Made by a program: the position numbers and the translations under genes
In this document: positions 26,067 through 39,302 of the stretch, in pieces
Layout of the letters: each line of letters begins with the position of its first letter
Numbering within the stretch: the first letter of the stretch is position 1
NCBI RefSeq assembly: GCF_026210795.1
Contig: NC_089432.1
Location: forward strand, 1,054,001-1,118,000
Direction of reading: 5' to 3'
Length of the DNA: 64,000 nucleotides
From: Rhizophagus irregularis
Taxonomy: Eukaryota
Notes under the pieces: model-generated
What the model was told of the DNA's origin: nothing
Database searches by the model: none
The model's input: the letters and a program-made list of their open reading frames with translations, nothing else

Positions 26067-27038
26067 TTACTCTTCTAAAAGTTCATTTAATTTATCTTGA
26101 GCGGGTAGGTATCCATGTTCAGCAGATTTTTTGTACCAATAACTTGCTTGATCCATATCTTTTTTAGTTCCATAACCATTTTCATACATTTTAGCAATAT
26201 TATATTGGGCACAATCATTTTCCAAATTTGCTGCCATTAAATATAATTCAAATGCCTTTTGTTCATTAACATTAGTTCCAACTCCATTGTGATAACAATT
26301 TCCTAAACTAGATATTCCATGTGTGTTTCCTAAATATGCTGCTATTTGAAATAATTCAAATGCTTCTTGTACATTAATATAAGTTCCAATCCCATAATTA
26401 TAACACCAACCTAAATTATTTATTCCATTTGAATTTCCCAAATCTGCCGCTTTTTGATATAGTTCAAATGCTTTTTCTTCATTTGCGTCAACTCCAATCC
26501 CATGTTCATAACACCACCCTAAGTTATTTAATCCACCTGGATATCCTTTATCCGCTAATTTTTTAGATAATTTAAAAGCTAAACCATCATTATTCTCAGC
26601 ATCTGCTACACAGATAATTATTTCAGAAAGATTTAATTGAGCTACTTTATTTTCTAACTCTGATGCTTTTTTATACAGTTCAATTGCCTTTTGAATGTTA
26701 AAAACAGTTCCAATTCCATGATAATTAAAATATCCGAGTAAATAAATAGAATTTGAATTATTTTGACTATTTAAAAGGTAATTATAAAATTCTTGTGAAA
26801 TTATCTTGTTTTTAGTAATATGCTCTAAAACATATTGTTTTATAATTCTTTCATTTTCTCCTTCATTATGATTATTGAAAATAAGAATAATTAATTCTTC
26901 AACCACAATATTCAAATCTCCTTCAAAAATATCTTTTTTGATATTTCCTGTTGTAGGCTCTATTTCTTCTATATTTACTTTATCAAAATTTTTAATAATT
27001 TGAGAAAACTCATGTAACGAATTATTGATATCAAACAT
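26067..27038 (-). CDS. Intronless kinase-less Sel1-like repeat protein, 6 repeats
   Basis: 323-aa ORF with SLR consensus repeats. Confidence 0.92.
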   Translation of the reverse strand: MFDINNSLHEFSQIIKNFDKVNIEEIEPTTGNIKKDIFEGDLNIVVEELIILIFNNHNEGENERIIKQYVLEHITKNKIISQEFYNYLLNSQNNSNSIYLLGYFNYHGIGTVFNIQKAIELYKKASELENKVAQLNLSEIIICVADAENNDGLAFKLSKKLADKGYPGGLNNLGWCYEHGIGVDANEEKAFELYQKAADLGNSNGINNLGWCYNYGIGTYINVQEAFELFQIAAYLGNTHGISSLGNCYHNGVGTNVNEQKAFELYLMAANLENDCAQYNIAKMYENGYGTKKDMDQASYWYKKSAEHGYLPAQDKLNELLEE

Positions 27039-28390
27039 TGTAAAGTAATATAATTATAAGGAGAGAGAAGAAAGAAATTAAATAAAGTGTACCTTTTTTT
27101 TCACAACTTTATTTATAATGAAGTGTATGGTGATACTGCAGTGTAGATCATTTATGGCAATTTATCGAATTTGTCTTTGTGTAATGTCAATTACTTTATA
27201 GAAGATTAAAATGATGACAATGAGTAGTTATTTATTTCGGTAAACAGTAGTATATTTATCATAAAGATGAAAAATATTTGTAAAAATGGGAGAGCGATGA
27301 TATAAATAATAAAGTACACATTAAATAATTTTTAAATAATATTCACTATCATTTAAATTTTCAGAAAGGGTAATTTAACATAATTAAAAGAACAAAAGTA
27401 TAAAATCATAGAATTACAGTATAAGTTAAATATAGGGTAATTAAGCTAAATTAGTATCAAACTGCATTATTTATTATAATTATGTTGATATGAGTTTGGC
27501 TCTATTTTGTATGTAATGAGTCTGCGACCGTATGTGTTTTATGTGTTGTTACTTTTTGTTAATGATTATTGTCTAAAAGATTTTTTTCCTTTAAACAACT
27601 AATATTTCTGCACGCTTAAGTTTTGTCCTTTTATTTTATCATGCATTAATATTAAAAAATAATTGAATTAATTGAATTAATTAAACTATTATTAACATTT
27701 CTCTCGTTTTCTTTTTTTTTTTAGGGATGGTTTGGCAGTAGAAAATTGAGGGTAAAAAAAAAAACTTATATTTTTATAAATAAACTAACTAAAGCTTTTA
27801 AACAAATCTTATTTAATTTTAACATACTATCGGATTTAAATGGTCGGGCAAATACTACAGCTTTATCTTGTAATTTATTTAGGGAGCGAAATATTTTTGA
27901 TTGTTAATTCTTCGTTTTTTCCTTTTTTGTTTTCGGACATGGATTTCTACAATACAAAGAATTGTATTAGTTTGTTTACAAATATTATGTGTTTGCCAAT
28001 TGATTTCATCGTTTTTTATGAGAAAATCTGCGAAATTTCGAAAATGTTATGTAAAGATGCTTTAATTGATGATGTCATTGGCGCTTGTACGTTAACATAA
28101 TTATTATGACTAATGACTTAATATATACAAGGATTATGTGATATTTACATACAAATTCGATTTATTGAATATATACTACTAGTTTTTTGAATTTTATTTA
28201 TTGATAAAGAATTTTGAAATCATTAATAAATAGTATTTTATAAAATAAAAAAGTAATTTTTTAATTTCTATTACATAAAGTTATAAATAAATATTACATA
28301 AAGTCCAAAAACGAAATAATATGACATTTAAAAATTAGTGATTTTCCTATTTATAAAACTGCGGTTAAATACAGAACACCAAAAACTGAG

Positions 28391-28404
28391 CTGCAGTATC
28401 ACCA
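28391..28404 (+). promoter_or_regulatory. Conserved upstream motif CTGCAGTATCACCA of the Sel1 gene family (representative copy)
   Basis: Also present, in the sense orientation of each gene, at 10724-10737, 20106-20119, 22824-22837, 25675-25688, 27128-27141, and degenerate at 62850-62863; always ~75-115 bp before the ATG. Confidence 0.65.
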
Positions 28405-28506
28405 CACACAATAAATATGAAAATAATTACACAATTAACACAAATTAATACATTTACTTTTCTTCCTTCTTTAATCTCACTGTTTAGTTAGTTACTGTAC
28501 GTTACA

Positions 28507-28986
28507 ATGTCAAATAAAATGATAACATTGACATTTCAAATACTAATCATTTATCACAAAATGGAACCTACAACCAAAAATATCGATGGATATATTTTTG
28601 AATTCTTATATTGTAATTGATGAGTTAGTTAATCTTATTTTCAAAAGAATGAATGAAGTAAAAGATTATATTGATTATATTAATACTCACACTATACTTT
28701 CACATGAAATTTATAATTAGTTATTAAATAATCAAAATAATTCAAATTTGATTTATTTACTTTGATGTTTTAATTATTATGGAATTGGAACCAATTCTAA
28801 TAAACAAAGAGCAATTGAATTATATCCAAAAGCTGCAGAATTAGAAAATAAAGTAGCTCAATTATATCTTGTTGATGAATGCATTTATGGGGATGTTACA
28901 ATAATTACAATTTAGCTTTTTTTGAGTTATCTAAAAATTAGCAGATGAAGGATATGCGAGTGGAATAAATAACTTAGGATGGTGAT
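28507..28986 (+). pseudogene. Truncated Sel1-like repeat pseudogene
   Basis: ATG TCA AAT AAA start; VIDELVNLIFK, EIYN*LLNNQNNSNLIYLL*CFNYYGIGT, KAAELENKVAQL, GINNLGW*; stops and frameshifts, cut in the third repeat. Confidence 0.85.
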
Positions 28987-29559
28987 AAAAAAAAATAATA
29001 ATAGTTTTGCACATTAAATAGGTTATTTAATAGATAGATTACTTTATTGATTAGATTTTTTACGTCTTTATTTATATTAAATTAGATTTGCACCAAATTT
29101 CTTACAATACTAATAAAGAGTGTTACTAGAAAAAAAAACAATACATATTCGCCGATCTGCAGAATGCATGTAATAATTTAGGCGCAGTTAGATTTATATA
29201 TTTTTTTTTAGGTAATTTTTTTCTTGAAATTCTTATGGGTGGTTTATTTAAAAAGATGGAATAAAAAGACTAATTATTAGTCAAAATAATTATATTAAAA
29301 GGCTTTATGGCAAGGATGCCGTGATATAAACCAGTTATTTCACGTCTATGATTTTCATGCTGCGCTATGAAAATCATAGTTCCCATGAAATAACTATTAC
29401 AGATTGGGATCGGCGTGATTAACTGACCAATTTATATGATCTTCGCCCTAAATACTTAAATAATATTTTTTCCGGAGTTTTTTTTCACTTTCTATTGAAA
29501 TTTTTCTTTTTAATTCAGAACAAAATTGTTTTATTAATCCGAATTCGTTTATTATTTAA

Positions 29560-32500
29560 ATGGATTTTATTCAAATAATTGATGCCTTCTTCTTCATACT
29601 CATCATTATTATTATATATACTAAGTCAAATGAGATATGTATAAAATGTAATAAAATTTGGTTTGAAAAACGGTTCAAGCAAAAATTTAAAAACTGGACT
29701 AGTGGTAATAATGATATTGATAAATTTATCCAAAATACTCAACTATTAACTCATAATGATGCGGAAAAAGTATTAGAATGGATACCTTATGATAAATTTA
29801 ATAATATTAAGTCATTAAGTGCATTGTAAAAGACCAAGTATATAAAGCAAATTGGATTGATAGATATTGATATAAATAAATGGGATGACAAAAATCAAAA
29901 TTGGGAAAGAATAGAACAAAATATATTTGTAATTTTAAAAAGTTTAAATATTTCAAATATTAGTGAATTAAATGAGGTATAATTAATACTATTATTTAAT
30001 AAAATATTTTGAATATTTTGATTTTTATTAATATATTCAATACATCTATTTTTTTTGTAGACTATAGAAGTTTATGGAATAACCCAAAATCCAGAAACAG
30101 AAAAATACATGGTAGTTTTAACATGTAAACAATGTAATAATATATGTAATACAGTACACTTTCAACTAAATTTTGGAAATTGGACTAGTGGTAATAATGA
30201 TATTAATAGATTTATTCGAGATACTCAGCTATTTTTTCATGAAACCAATCAAATATCATATGTATTAGAATGGATTCCTTTTGATAGATTTTATGATATT
30301 AAACATATTATTGCAAAAGGAGAAGTGTATATAGCAAATTGGATTGATGGATATATGAATAAATGGAATAATGAAAATCAAAATTGGGAAAGAAAAAATC
30401 AAAATATGTTCGTAATCCTGAAAAATTTAAACAATTTAGAAATTTTGAAGTTAGAATATATAGGAACGGTATACTATCTGATTTATTCTTTACTAACGAT
30501 AACATTAAAACATTTATTTTACTAATGCATTTTGTGTATATACTATATTTGTAGTTTGAACCTCATCGAGTTTATGGCGTAACCCAAAATCCTGTAACAA
30601 AAGATTATATGATGATTCAGAAAGATATATGTGAAAAATGTAGTTATATATGTAATGCAGTATATTTTCAACGAAATTTCAAAATTTGGACAAGTGGTAA
30701 TAATAATGTTGATAAATTTATCCAAAATACTCAGCTATTAGCTCATAATGATGCGGAAAAAGCACTAGAATGGATACCTTATGATAAAGTTCGTGGTATT
30801 AAATGTATTGTGAAGGATGAAATATATAAAGCAAATTGGATTGATGGGTATATAAATAAGTGGGATGATGAGAATCAAAAGTGGAAAAGAAAAAATCATG
30901 ATATGATTGTAATTTTGAGAAGATTCAATAGTCCAGAAAATAATTTATTAAAATTTATTAATGAGGTATGAATTAATGAATTTTTAAATATTTAATTTTT
31001 GTTAATTTATCATATTTATAGATTGCAAAATATCACAGAGTTTATGGAATAACTCAGGATCCAAAGACAAAACATTATATGGTAATTTTTAGCAAAATGT
31101 GTAAAAAACACAACGATATGTGTAACGCACTATATTTTCAACAAAATTTCAAAAATTGGACTAGTGGTAATAATGATATTGATGAATTTATTCAGATTAC
31201 TCAGCTATTGTCACATAATACCTATCAGATATCAAAAGCATTAGAATGGATTCCTTATGATAGATTTTATAACATTAAATGTACTGCAAAAGTATGCGGA
31301 GATTTGCATCCCCAAAATTTTACTGATAAATTATATAGAGCTAATTGGATTGATGGATATATAAATAAATGGGATGATGCGAATCAAAATTGGAAAAGAA
31401 AAAATCAAGATATGATTATAATTTTGAAAATCTTTAATAGCCCGGAAAACGTTTTGTTAAAATTTATTAGCGAGGTATGATTTATTATTTTTAATGAAAT
31501 TCTGAAAATTTTGATTTTCGTTAATATTTTATTTTTATAGTTTATAGGTTTTCATGAAGTTTATGGGATAACTAAGGATCCAGAGACAAAAAACTTTATA
31601 GTAGCTTTTAATGAAGAATGTAAAAAATACAAGCATGTGTGTAATGCATTACATTTTCAACAAAATTTCAAAAATTGGACAAGTGGTAATAGCGATATTG
31701 ATGGATTTGTTCAATATATTCAGCTATCAAGTCATAGTTATAATGCATGTCATGCATTGGAATGGATACCTTACAATAAATTTTATGATATTGAATATAT
31801 TGCAAAAGGTGGATTTGGCAAAGTTTATAAGGCTAATTGGAAAGATGGATGTATAGATAAATGGGATGATGAAAATCAAAATTGGAGAAGAAAGAATCAA
31901 AATATGTTGGTGGCTTTAAAAAGTTTGAATAATTCAAAAAATGTTACATTGGAGTTTATGAATGAGGTAACTAATTTTATTATTTGAAATTAGTAAATAT
32001 TTTAATTTTGCTAATATATACATTTTATTTTAGATTACATCACATTGTAAAGTAAATTTGGGTAGGTGCATTGTTAAACTTTATGGAATAACTCAAGATC
32101 CAGAAACAGAAAATTATGCTATGGTTTTAGATTTTGCAGAGGATGGAGATTTACGAAATTATTTAAATAAAAATCATAACAAATTATATCTTAACGATAA
32201 AATTAATTATTTACATAGCATTACACGAGGGCTTGCAGATATTCATAAAAACGAATTAATTCATCGAGATTTACATATTGGTAATATACTAAGGTTCAAA
32301 GATCTCACTTGTATAACTGACATGGGATTATGTAAACCTGCAGATTATAATCCATCAGAAAATACAAAAAATAGTACATATGGTATTTTACCTTATATTG
32401 CTCCTGAAATATTACGAGGACAAAATTATACCAAAGCCTCAGATATTTATAGTTTTGGTATTATTATGTATGAAGTAATTTCTGAATTACCTCCATATCA

Positions 32501-33559
32501 TGATGTAAATCATGATTATAATTTAGCAATAAGAATTTGTAAAGGACTTAGACCAAGGTTTAATATCAAAGTACCACAATTAATTGTCCATTTAATTAAA
32601 AGATGCTTAAGATTTTTTTGATTTCTTCTGCTTCTGGTCAACTTAACGGATTTGAATCTAAGTCAATGGTCTAAAGAATTATTTACTACGTTGAAAAATC
32701 ATCATGTAGCTGATAATTATGCAGAAATACAGAAACAAATTAGAGAAGCAGAAAATATCAATAAGAATTTGGCGGTCAGTAGTGCACCTTCAACCAACTT
32801 AGGATTATTGATCGTATAAAACACGTTCAGAAGACATTTATACCAGTAGATTGCTTAATTTTAATAATCTTCCTGAACCAAAAAATTCTGTCGATTATTA
32901 TGATAATCAAAATGATGATATAATTAGCATGGAATCTTCAGGTATCAACTAATTTTATTAAATCAACATAAAATTAATTATTAATAATATTTTAAATTAT
33001 TAAATAGAATACTTACAGATTGATTTCCATAAATTGAAAAATGATGATGATAATATTCCTGAACAAAAAATTTCTGATGATTATTATGAAAAAAATGATA
33101 ATAGTGGTATAAATTTCTGATACTTTTTTTTATGAAAAAATATTCAAATTAATTAAAGTATTAATAAGTTTTAATTTACTAAATAGAATCTTTAGAAATT
33201 GATATTTCTCAATTGAAAATTACTGATAATATATTTTTCGTAGAAAAAAATTCTGACGAATATGATGATAAACAAAATGATAATATGATTAAAATGGAAT
33301 TTACAGGTATTGCTTGATAAAAGAAAAATATAAATTAATTATAAAAAGGCTAATAAAATTTTATCTATTAAATAGCATCTTTATCTTTACAAATTGATGT
33401 TTCTCAATTGAATATTAATGAAGATGGTAAATTTTAAGTTTATATTTATAATTTTCTTTTTTATTCATATTTATATCTAAATTTCTACTTTCTTTTTCTT
33501 CTACTTTTTTTTTAGATCAAAGTAACAAATCTAAAGGAGTAATTATCCAAAACGATTAA
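29560..33559 (+). pseudogene. Kinase with 5 tandem N-lobe modules, probable pseudogene; exons 29560-29976, 30061-30468, 30555-30965, 31022-31474, 31541-31966, 32034-32941, then four small 3' exons to 33559
   Basis: Phase-0 introns join repeats of VYGITQ.P.T..Y...C..C...C....FQ.NF.NWTSGN.DID.FIQ.TQ...ALEWIPY; terminal domain has GGFGKVY, VALK, HRDLHIGN, DMG, APE. Lesions: 8-bp duplication with stop at ~29810-29829, 4-bp insertions at ~29868 and ~32808, 49-bp inversion 32610-32658. Confidence 0.85.
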
Positions 33560-34070
33560 GTAACCAAGTACTCCTTAAATTTTAGTTACTGTAAATTTTA
33601 TATTTTTATACTTTATTTCCCACCATTATAGTTTATAGCAGAAGAAGGGAGTGAGAGTCAAATGTACACTTGTTATATTACTGTATATTTATTTATTTAT
33701 TTTATATTTATTAAAATCATTGATTATATCCTTAAACCTTGATAAATTTATAATTTGACCCTAATACAAAAAGGATTTAAATAAATAAAAAAAAATTATT
33801 TATTATTTCGAGTATACAATCATATTTCACAATTGATGAGTAAATCGAGGAATTTCAATTGAAGGGAAAAAATGTATCAAATTTCAGATTCAAAGTGGCT
33901 AATAAAATAAAAATATATCATAGAATTATCAAAAGTATGATAAGAGTCATAAATTAATATAAGCTAATTTCCTAAATTTCCTTACATGGAGTGCAGAGAT
34001 CTTATCGTGAAACAAAAAAGCGAAGGTTTTGTCACTGATAATCATGACCAGGCATTTTTTTACACGTCTC

Positions 34071-34321
34071 TATAAACAGAACCTAGAAATATATATAAGA
34101 GGGTCAGGTTTGAGTTTGCATATTTTGAACTAGAAAAATCATGAAAATCCTTCCTTTTTTAGATAATTTTGATAATGCCAGTCAGAATTTTATTTCCTAT
34201 TATAGTAACCGACTGGCATTATCATAATTCCGGCCCTGAAAAAATGCGTACATCTCATATACGTAGTAAAAAATTTTTTTCATCACCTGACCACTATATA
34301 TATATTTCTGGGTCCTCTATA
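34071..34321. mobile_element. MITE, ~250 bp
   Basis: Imperfect TIRs agaacctagaaatatatataagagggtcaggt / acctgaccactatatatatatttctgggtcct; internal cattatcataattccggccctgaaaaaatg shared with 62314-62546. Confidence 0.7.
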
Positions 34322-36029
34322 AACCATAAACTTCAATTTCTCATTATTCAACTTAAAAACATTTATTTTTTTTATATAAAAAATTGATTACTTGACGATA
34401 TATACACTTAGTATACAAGTTTTAGCGAGTCTTTCATTCTGTAGAGGGTTTTACCAAGTGCTGATTTTTTTTAAAGCTAACTTTAAATAGATTAGCTTTA
34501 ATAAATTTTATCAACCAAAATGCATAATATATTGATAATATACCGCACGCAATAATTTCAATTATTTAGTGGGAAATAACTAAAGAATCCATACATCTTA
34601 TATCAACGTGCGATAATTATCAAATACTTTATTTTCCTGTACTCTCATATGCATTATACTGTATATCAATTACAGGACCGATAAAATGATAAAATATCAA
34701 AAAAAATAGGGAAGGTGGCTTTTTGTGGAAGGCGTGCGGGGTGAAAAGAGTTTTCAGTAAGAAGGTAGACTTCGAAGTAGTGTGTGATTTTGGTAGTGCG
34801 GACATGTGCGCTTGCACATGACTATCTTTTTTTTTTCTTTTTTTTTCTTTTTAATGTCGTCTGGTTTCTTTGGCAAGGTAAGCTTATCCCTTTTGTTTGC
34901 TTCTTTTCATTTCTTTTCATTTGTTATTTATTTTTGCTAACATCTTTTTTTACTTCATTTCTCTTTTATTTTCGGTCATTATCGTAGTCAGTTCTTTTTT
35001 TTTTAGGCGTTTTTGGTGTTTTAATGTCATCTGGTTCCTTAGATAAGGTTGGTTTATCCCTTTTTGTTTATAAATTTTATAGAGGAGCATATTAGTAAAT
35101 TAATCCTTTTGTAACGCAACAGGCTACTGCTAGTAAATACTAAATTTATTGATTATATACTCAAAATAAAATGAGGTGTGTGACAAAAAAATAATTTATT
35201 ATTTCGAGATTTGACGACATTATTAATAGAATGATAAACCAAGGACTTGCAGTTATGATTACAACTGAAGAGTAAAAGATACATGAACATAAAATTTTTA
35301 AATTTTATAAAAATTAAGCACAATCCACGTAAACAAATCAAATAAATTAAATAAATTATATTATAATATTATTAAGTAAAAAGATTTAAATAAAATAAAT
35401 GAATCTATAAAATTTCTTAATTAATTACCTAAATTATTTAGCATAATTTTCCAAAAAGTTTGTTTAACCTCTAATAATTATCTAACGCCACTAAATAATT
35501 CATTAGACGATTATCTAAAAAAAAATAAATATAAACTCATAATTAAACAATGGCAACCTCGTATCACTATTGTTTGATTCATTATTTATTTACCCTATAA
35601 ATCTATCAATTTTGTAGAGAAATATGAAATAATCATTTCAAAATATCCATTATATCACTTATAAATAGGTTAAAGAGCAACTTGCATTATGAAAACTTGT
35701 TATTAAAGAGTTAATATATGAAAAAGAATAAATAAATACAACTCGATTGTATTTGTAATAGTTATTTCACAAATATTAATGAAAATGTTATCAATTCTGA
35801 ATTAGTTATTTTATGCCACTGTTCCGCTCATTTCCGAATACTAATTAATATAGAGTAATTTTTATAATTATTAACTCTTCGTGATGGAATTTATGCATAT
35901 ATGTGTAAGCTTGGTTATATGAAAATTTACGTTTAAACTATTGGTAAAATTGCAGTAATACAAAAATTTGCCGTGTTATTATAATAAATACTAGTGTTCA
36001 CCTGTTGTCTACGACAACAGTTAATATGT

Positions 36030-36245
36030 AATTCCGGCCAGAATTAAAAGATCTGCAAAGAATTTCCTTTTTTGGAAATTTGAGCAACACAATTTTTTTA
36101 ATTTCTCTGAAAAGTAACAGAAGACAAAATTTCCTTTTTTGGAAATTTGCGTAACCGACAATTTCCTTTTATGGAATCCTGTGTAACCCAAAATTTCAGT
36201 TTTTCGACAGAAATAAAATTTCCTTTTTGGTCTTGTGTAACATTG
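36030..36245. repeat. Short repeat cluster (aatttcctttt-tgg...gtaac) x4, probable transposon subterminal repeats
   Basis: aatttcctttt(t)tgg at ~36061, 36128, 36161 and 36217, preceded by the palindrome aattccggccagaatt. Confidence 0.55.
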
Positions 36246-36400
36246 GCGACGAATAGGAGTAGGGTTACACAATTCAAATGACTTATTTATATGGTTAATC
36301 TAAACATAACGCCCACGTGATTGCAGTGTTTTTAAATATATAGATGCTGAACAAAACAATAAATATGATATTTCTTTCTTTCTCTTTAAATTAATCCACA

Positions 36401-37287
36401 ATGTCTAATAAACAGATTTATTCAGATAATTCAGATAACAATAACTTTTCAAATACTCAAATTACAAATAATTTTGTTAAAATAAATATAAGGGAAGTGG
36501 AGCCCACAATCAAAAATATTAATGATGATTTAAATATTATAATTGATGAGTTAGTTAATCTTATTTTTAAAGAAATAAATGAAGGAAGACGTGTTATTAA
36601 AATAAGGCAACACGTCATTGACAATATTGATAGTTACAATATATTTTTAAAAAAAGTTTATGTTGACCTTTTAAATAACCAAAATAATTCAAATTTTATT
36701 TATTTGCTTGGATATTTTAATTTTTATGGAATTGGAACTGATTTAAATCAGGAAAAAGGATTTAAATTATATCAAAAAGCTGCAGAATTACAAAATAGAG
36801 CGGCTCAATTAAATCTCATTAGGGAATATTTTCATGAAAACATTTGTTTAGATCCCAAATTAGCTTTGAACTATGTGAAAAATTAGCAAAAGAAGAATAT
36901 GCAGATGGATTGTATGATTTAGGTTATTGTTATGAAGTAGGAGTTGGAACTAATGTTGATAAATAAAAAGCATTTGAATCATATCAAAAGGCGGCAAATT
37001 TAGGAAATATTAACGGAATAAATAACTTTATTGGTGTTATAAAAATGGATTTGGAACTAATGTTAATGAACTAAAAGCATATGAATTATATCGAAAAGCC
37101 AAGAAAATACAATTGCAATATTTAGCTTAATAGATTGTTATTAGTATAAAGGAATTGGAACTAATATTAATAAAGAGAAGGGATTTGAATTAAATTAAAA
37201 AGCAGTAAAATGGAAGTGAAGTTAAAAAAGATATTAATAATGCAATTTATTGGTACAAAAAATCTGCTAAACAAAGAAATAAATAAA
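36401..37287 (+). pseudogene. Sel1-like repeat pseudogene, near full length
   Basis: ORF 36401-36886, then a frameshift; SLR homology continues (LGYCYEVGVGTNVDK*KAFESYQKAANLG ... AIYWYKKSAKQ) with stops and shifts. Confidence 0.88.
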
Positions 37288-39168
37288 CTTTAAAGTAATA
37301 AATTAAATTTTGTTATTGAAATATTTTTTCTTTTGCTGAGAATAATTGGAATTGGTTATTCCTTTTTATACAGTATATATATTAAGCTAAATTTCAAATT
37401 TCACCCTTTTAGTTTTACACGAATTTATGTTATAAATATTTATTGGTACTCGAAAAGATACCATCTTTCCTTTATATAAGTTTAGGACTTAATTTTTTTT
37501 ATTATTCTTGTTTTCTACATTGAAAATCTCTTCGTAAAATTAAAAATAAATTTCCCACATTGTATATAATAATTATTGTTTTTTTTAAATAAAATAACAA
37601 GTAGTGCGCATTACCAAAAAAAAATAGTTCATAGTTGCTGCGCCACAAGAAAATTTAGAATTTTTTGTATACGATATATTAAATTAGTTTAAAAAGATTT
37701 CGTAAGTCAACATGAAATTTGTTTTCTGGGAATCTTTATAGAACTTTTTGAACAAACTTTTAGTAACTGGTATTTTTAATAAAATTTTGTATGAAAGTTT
37801 CATTTACCAAATTTATTTTGAAAGAATTTATATTGTTATATTAGCCGCAGGTACATATTATATTAATAATAAATATTTTATTACTAATTTTTTATTTGTT
37901 GCAGGAAACGTACGCCAACATGATGATACTCATGCAATTATTTATACACTAACCTTATTAGTTATAGTACACAAACCACATTAGCAGCATATCTTTTAGT
38001 GTATCTATTAACAAAATTAATATCCATAGTTATAGTGCGAGATAATATTTTTCGCGTGAAACAATGAACAAAGATAATATTTTAATAACTTTTATAAGTA
38101 GGAAATATCATTTTTCGTGTAAAACAAATGGAGATAATATTTTTCTTTTGGGTGAGTAATTTCAGAATTTTATAAGCGAAATATTATTCTATATACACGA
38201 AAATAATATTTCTTTTATGTGGAACGAGAAAGACTGATTTTATTATCGATTATCATATCAGTTGTACTACTGCGCAGAAGATTTTAATAAATTATACTAT
38301 TATACATACGCAGTAGTAGTATTACAAATCATATGGTTGAGTAGATATTTCACGTGACATACTATACCGAACCGACACCACTCCTTTTCGTATTACTCCT
38401 ATAGTCAGTCCTATTATATGATTTTTATTTCTGTTATAAACAATATAGCTAGTATATAAGGGAAACAGGAATTTTACTTTTCTTGTACGTATGCTTTTTT
38501 ATTATTACAGGTTGTGAATGTATCTGGACAGCATTTATCAAAGGAAGGTTACAATGCGGAGCGCACCCTAGATATAGTCCCCTCTTATAAGCACATTTAA
38601 GTTGCTAGTCACACCATAGTATTTTTATAATCACACTATTTTTTTCAGTCCCGAGGGTGTGACTATACAGAGACTTGACCATATATAATTTTCTAAAAAT
38701 AGTTATTCATTTTTTTTTTTTTGATTTATACATTTATAATATTTTTATTATACTTTTGTAATACGAACATTATTTTGTAATAAATCAATTTATTACAACA
38801 AATAATTAATTAAATATATTCAAATATATTTACCAATATAATCTTTTTGGTGCATTAGGAACAGATGTAAAATATTACTATTTGGTCTATCAAAAACAGA
38901 TAGATCAGTGATCACTAGTAGTAGATAAATACACACCACTCCGTCATTTCATTTTATGAATAAGTTTGGATTGTTGAAGGGTGACGATGTAAAATCAGAT
39001 AATTTCGACATTATTGGAGTAATATTTTCAAATATAAATAAAAATTTATTATAATATCGTAATGAATATTTATTGACGAATAAAAAATAGTGGCTTTGAC
39101 TGGTTACACTAATAAAAGTCAGATTGCGCATGTGCCGTTGAGGTGATCGGACTGTAGCGTACGGTGAG

Positions 39169-39302
39169 CTATGTATGTACGTATAGTGGTCAATGTATGG
39201 CAACGTCCGTATACATTACCCTACAGTATACATCACCCACCCTACAGTATGGTAGAAATGACCATACATACCGTACGTTGATCACTATACAGACATACAT
39301 AG
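39169..39302. mobile_element. Small foldback element or MITE
   Basis: ctatgtatgtacgtatagtggtcaatgtatgg pairs with ccgtacgttgatcactatacagacatacatag. Confidence 0.65.

Noticed and set aside
38330..38685. Possible MITE bounded by tatggttgagt / acttgaccata
   Set aside because: Inverted match too short and no TSD
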